Positions 60,335-64,000 of a DNA stretch of 64,000 nucleotides are shown piece after piece. Origin of the DNA: Eledone cirrhosa. Lineage: Eukaryota. The translations under genes and the position numbers were made by a program. Location: positions 114,142,001 to 114,206,000 of the forward strand of contig OZ024743.1 in assembly GCA_964016885.1 (NCBI GenBank). The letters run 5' to 3'. The notes beneath the pieces are model-generated. The model saw only the letters and a program-made list of their open reading frames with translations, was not told where the DNA came from and did not search any database. How positions within the stretch are numbered: position 1 is the stretch's first letter; the number at the start of each line of letters is the position of its first letter.

Positions 60335-60520
60335 GGTGGTGGATTGGCAGTATCGGTAGAGGGTCGGACGCCATGCTTTCCAGCATAGTTACGTCCCTTT
60401 ACGATCTGAGTTCAAATCCCGCCGAGGTTGACTTTGCCTTTCATCCTTACGGAGTCGATAAAATAAAGTACCAGTAATGAACTGGGTAATTGCTGGCTTT
60501 GTGCCTAAAGTAGAAACAGT
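60335..60520 (+). mobile_element. Full-length tRNA-derived SINE
   Basis: A and B boxes, core and tail; duplication GTTATTACCCTAAG. Confidence 0.9.
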
Positions 60521-60678
60521 TATTACCCTAAGTCAGTCTTGATCAGACACAAGTTGTGATGAAAAGAATTCATCCCATGAGCATTTAGTTTTTTTTTGTC
60601 ACAGGGTATCCAGAACAAGGGCGATTTAACATAATGAGGATTTCGTTAGTCCTCAACAATATCCTGTTTAAGGAAGGT

Positions 60679-61013
60679 TAACTGGGGACCAGCCCATAAT
60701 GTCTTGGTATCTAACATCTCGACCATTTGATAACTGGGACCAGCCCATAATTTGTTGGTATCTAACATGCCACTCACTTTAAACCTGAGACCAGCACCAA
60801 ATTTATTGGTATCTAACACGCCATAAACTTTAAAACTGGGACCAACATGCAGCCTAGTTTAAAACTGAGAGCATCCCATAACTTGATATATATATAACGT
60901 GCCGTCCATTTTAGTACTAGGAACAGCCCATAATTCCCTAAGGTGCCACCCAGTTTAAAAACGAGAACAGTCCATAACTTACGGCTATCTAACTTACTGC
61001 CCAATTTAAAACT
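60679..61013. repeat. Old diverged ~51-bp tandem repeat, 6-7 units
   Basis: AACTGGGACCAGCCCATAAT..TTGGTATCTAACA..TTTAAA recurring. Confidence 0.8.
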
Positions 61014-61058
61014 ACAACATTGTCTTAGGTATAGTAAGCAATATACTTTTGTTTGAAA

Positions 61059-63880
61059 AGGCGGCGTAATAGCAGAGTCATTAGAAGGTCGGATAGAATG
61101 TTTTACATTATTCATTCCGGCTCTCTAAGCTTTGAGTTAAAAAACCCATCGAGGTCAACTTTAGCTTTCACCCTTTTAGAGGTCGATACCAGTCCAGTAC
61201 AGGAGTAGATTCTCAATCTGTATCTCTTTCTCACGCTATCTCCATTACTCTATTTCTCCTTTTTTGGAAGAAATCGGCTGTCTTCAGACTTGGAGAGGGG
61301 GAGGATTTCGTCAGGTTTAAAATGACCAAACACATGGTATGTCACGACGGCGTCCCAACGACTTAATGGAGATTTGGTTGCTGTTTCTAGCTGACTAAGT
61401 GACCACATGGAGGCGGCGCCACAATATCCAGTGTCTCATTCATTTTGAAGTCTACAATAAGAGCAACTACGTGTTTTTTTGACAAAAACAAGATGGGGTT
61501 TTTGATGTTTACTTAAGACTCAGTTGACAGTTCGTGAGCTGAGGCTCGTATCTCCTGATGGCAACGTAGTGGCACTGTAGTGACATACAGCGTGAACTGT
61601 ACATCTTAAATCTTGCGGGGCCCATCTTCTCTCTTTGTCTGAACATAGCCCACTTCTTTCAAAGCAGAGAAAGGGAGATAGAGATAGATAGATAGATATA
61701 GAGGAACTGAGAAAGAGATGAAGTGGAATTATGGACCCCAGTTTTAGACTGGTACTTTTTTTTATCGACCTTGAAAGTCAAAGTTGATTTGGACGGGTTT
61801 TGAACTGAGTCTAGAGAGCCGAAAAAATACCCCAAAGTATTCTATGTAAAGTTCTAACGCCAAATCGGCGCCTATTGATTTTAAGTAGATATATTTTAAA
61901 TGCCGTCCTCGTATTTAACTAGTTCGCACATATTTTTAATTTGATTCTAGTAGTCTTTGATATAGATAGAGTTCTTTCATGAAATTAGCCATCAAGTAGA
62001 TAAAACGTTTTCTAAGAGATTCCTTTTGAAATTATTCTCTTTAAAATAGATAAAACGCGTCTTAGACATTTCTTTTGATTGTCCCAAGAAGCTGATATTT
62101 GAACGAAGAACTGGATTTTCGTATGTTAGGAAATATTCACTTGTGTCTGCTTTGCCATAACGAATACAATTAAAGTCTCTCTCCTTTATAAGCATGTCAC
62201 GATTCAACAATGGAATGGAATTTTCTTCGTGTTGGACGATTAATTATAGTTTTCCAATGTTCTCTTGATTGAATACGGTACTAAATGATGGCGGTGGTTG
62301 TGATAGTGGTGGTAATGATGGTGATTTAGTGGAGATGGTGGAAGTGGTAGTAGTTGTAGTGAGAGTGTTGATAGTTGTTATAATATTGATGGTTGTGTTG
62401 TTGCTGTTGGTGGCGATTTATTGATGTTGGTCGAGGTGGTGGCGATTTACGGATGTTGATGGTGGTAATGGTAGTGATTTAGGGATGGTGTTGGTATTGG
62501 TGGTAAATTAATGGTTGTTGTATCCAGGACTATATCATTGTCTATGTAACCATTAAAAAAGGCGTTGGCTGCTATTTCTAGCAGGTCGGTTGACCCAGTG
62601 GGCCCTAACAGCCCCACCAACGTCTACATCAATATGTAGCATGTAGCATGTAGTTTTATCAAAAATGAAAATAAATTAGATATATAATATGCCAGACCTA
62701 TTGTTATGATGGGGTTTCCCACCTCTTAGTATATCTGTACGAATGAAGATACCAACAAGATCACTTCAATGAGACTCCGTATACACAGTCTACTGACAGT
62801 TCACTTCAGTTCAAATCCTGTCGAGGTTAACTTTTCCTTTCATCCTTACGGGGTCGATAAAATAAAGTACCAGTAATGCACTGGATTAATTGCTGGCCTT
62901 GTGCCAAAAGTAGAAACAATTATTTATAGACATCTCGCCTAGTCCACTTTTAGTTACACGGGTGTGTTCAGGGTTTTTCCCCTACAACATCTATTAACAC
63001 CACCACGTCGCCCTTGAATACCTTTAGAAGAGTTCCGCCTCTTAGTAACATCTCTGTATCACGTTAATCATGCTCCTGTGGACTTATAGAAGAGGCTTGA
63101 AACGTTCTCGGTTGCTTCCCTAATCCCGACTTTTTAAAAATTAGTTTAATTAGTGAGAAGGCGGCGAATTGGCAGAGTCATTAGGGTGTCGGATTAAAAA
63201 TGCTTAGGTATTTATTCTGGCTCAATGCGCTTAGTGTTCAAATCCCGCCGAGGTCAACTTATTCATTCTTTCGATGTCGATAAATAAATTGCCAGTCCAT
63301 TACTGCGGTCAACCCTTCTATCTCTCATTTTGTCTCACTTGCTTTGGAAGACATCGACTGTGTTGTGACCTGGAGAGCAATGGGCTCCACCAGGTTTTAA
63401 ACTTGAAGTCCACCGTGTGTCAGGACAGCGTCCTACGACACCATTATGAATCAAAAGTCCTTTATCTTAATTGGGGAGGGAAGAGCTAAATCCCGGATAC
63501 TTTTCTGTGCCCCAAGACTGATGAGAGAGAGAAGAGAAGAGAGAGAGAGAGAGAGAGAGAAATGTGTAAATCTCGAACCAGGAACCGGACGTCAATGCTT
63601 GCAACTGAGGTGATTTCAACAGAGAAATCCAAGTTCCAGATGGTCGTCTTAAACTGGTGGCAGGATAAGTTTACCACCTAAGTAAGCATCAACGAGATTT
63701 GAACTCAGAATGCAAAGAATACATCAAAGCATCTCGTCTTACACTCTAACAATCCGACAATCTGGACTGCTACTTTGTATTCTATTGCTTCAAGGTCAGT
63801 GAAATAAAGTTGAGCACGGCGGGATTTGAATCCGGAACGCAGACAGTCAGAAAGAATATAACTATAGCGGCCATATCGTT
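61059..63880. mobile_element. Cluster of older SINE copies (+ ~61059-61200, - ~61745-61872, + ~62808-62925, + ~63160-63310, - ~63690-63875)
   Basis: Diverged B-box and GAGGTCAACTTT..GTCGATAA motifs. Confidence 0.7.
61992..62265 (-). pseudogene. Highly decayed PLE-type RT C-terminal remnant
   Basis: EENSIPLL..MLIK..YGKADTSEYFLTY weakly resembles E..LPFLD..YRK.T..YL. Confidence 0.3.
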
Positions 63881-63881
63881 T

Positions 63882-63941
63882 GTAGTAGTAGTAGTAGTAT
63901 TAGTAGTAGTAGTAAGAGTAGTCGTCGTCGTCGTCGTCGTC

Positions 63942-63993
<52 letters not shown>

Positions 63994-64000
63994 TAGTGAT
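63882..64000. repeat. (GTA)n/(GTC)n microsatellite
   Basis: Direct reading. Confidence 0.97.

Noticed and set aside
60679-61013. CRISPR array
   Set aside because: Whole units are homologous and degenerate

Overview
Repeat-saturated, AT-rich animal DNA. The SINE, RTE and Penelope repertoire resembles a coleoid cephalopod such as Octopus; this is an inference. No intact host protein-coding gene can be supported, and nearly all long ORFs in the track are translations of (CA)n, (TA)n or (GGT)n repeats. Bases 1-19881 are a complex CA-rich satellite with a ~6.1-kb tandem duplication and 16 copies of a ~85-bp non-microsatellite core taken from the unique flank. Bases 20-39 kb hold decayed RTE LINEs, an R4/Dong-like endonuclease fragment, tRNA-derived SINEs, MITEs, non-autonomous Helitrons and minisatellites. 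Bases 39.6-59.3 kb are a dense nest of Penelope-like element (PLE) fragments in (TA)n tracts, with a 200-N gap at 42560-42759. The main hidden signal is RNA structure: about 15 type-I hammerhead ribozyme motifs (CUGANGA...GAAA, palindromic minimal stem III), read by eye on both strands. They include a ~420-435-nt ORF-less hammerhead unit found in tandem, inverted and permuted form, with compensatory base changes between copies (pLTR/retrozyme-like).
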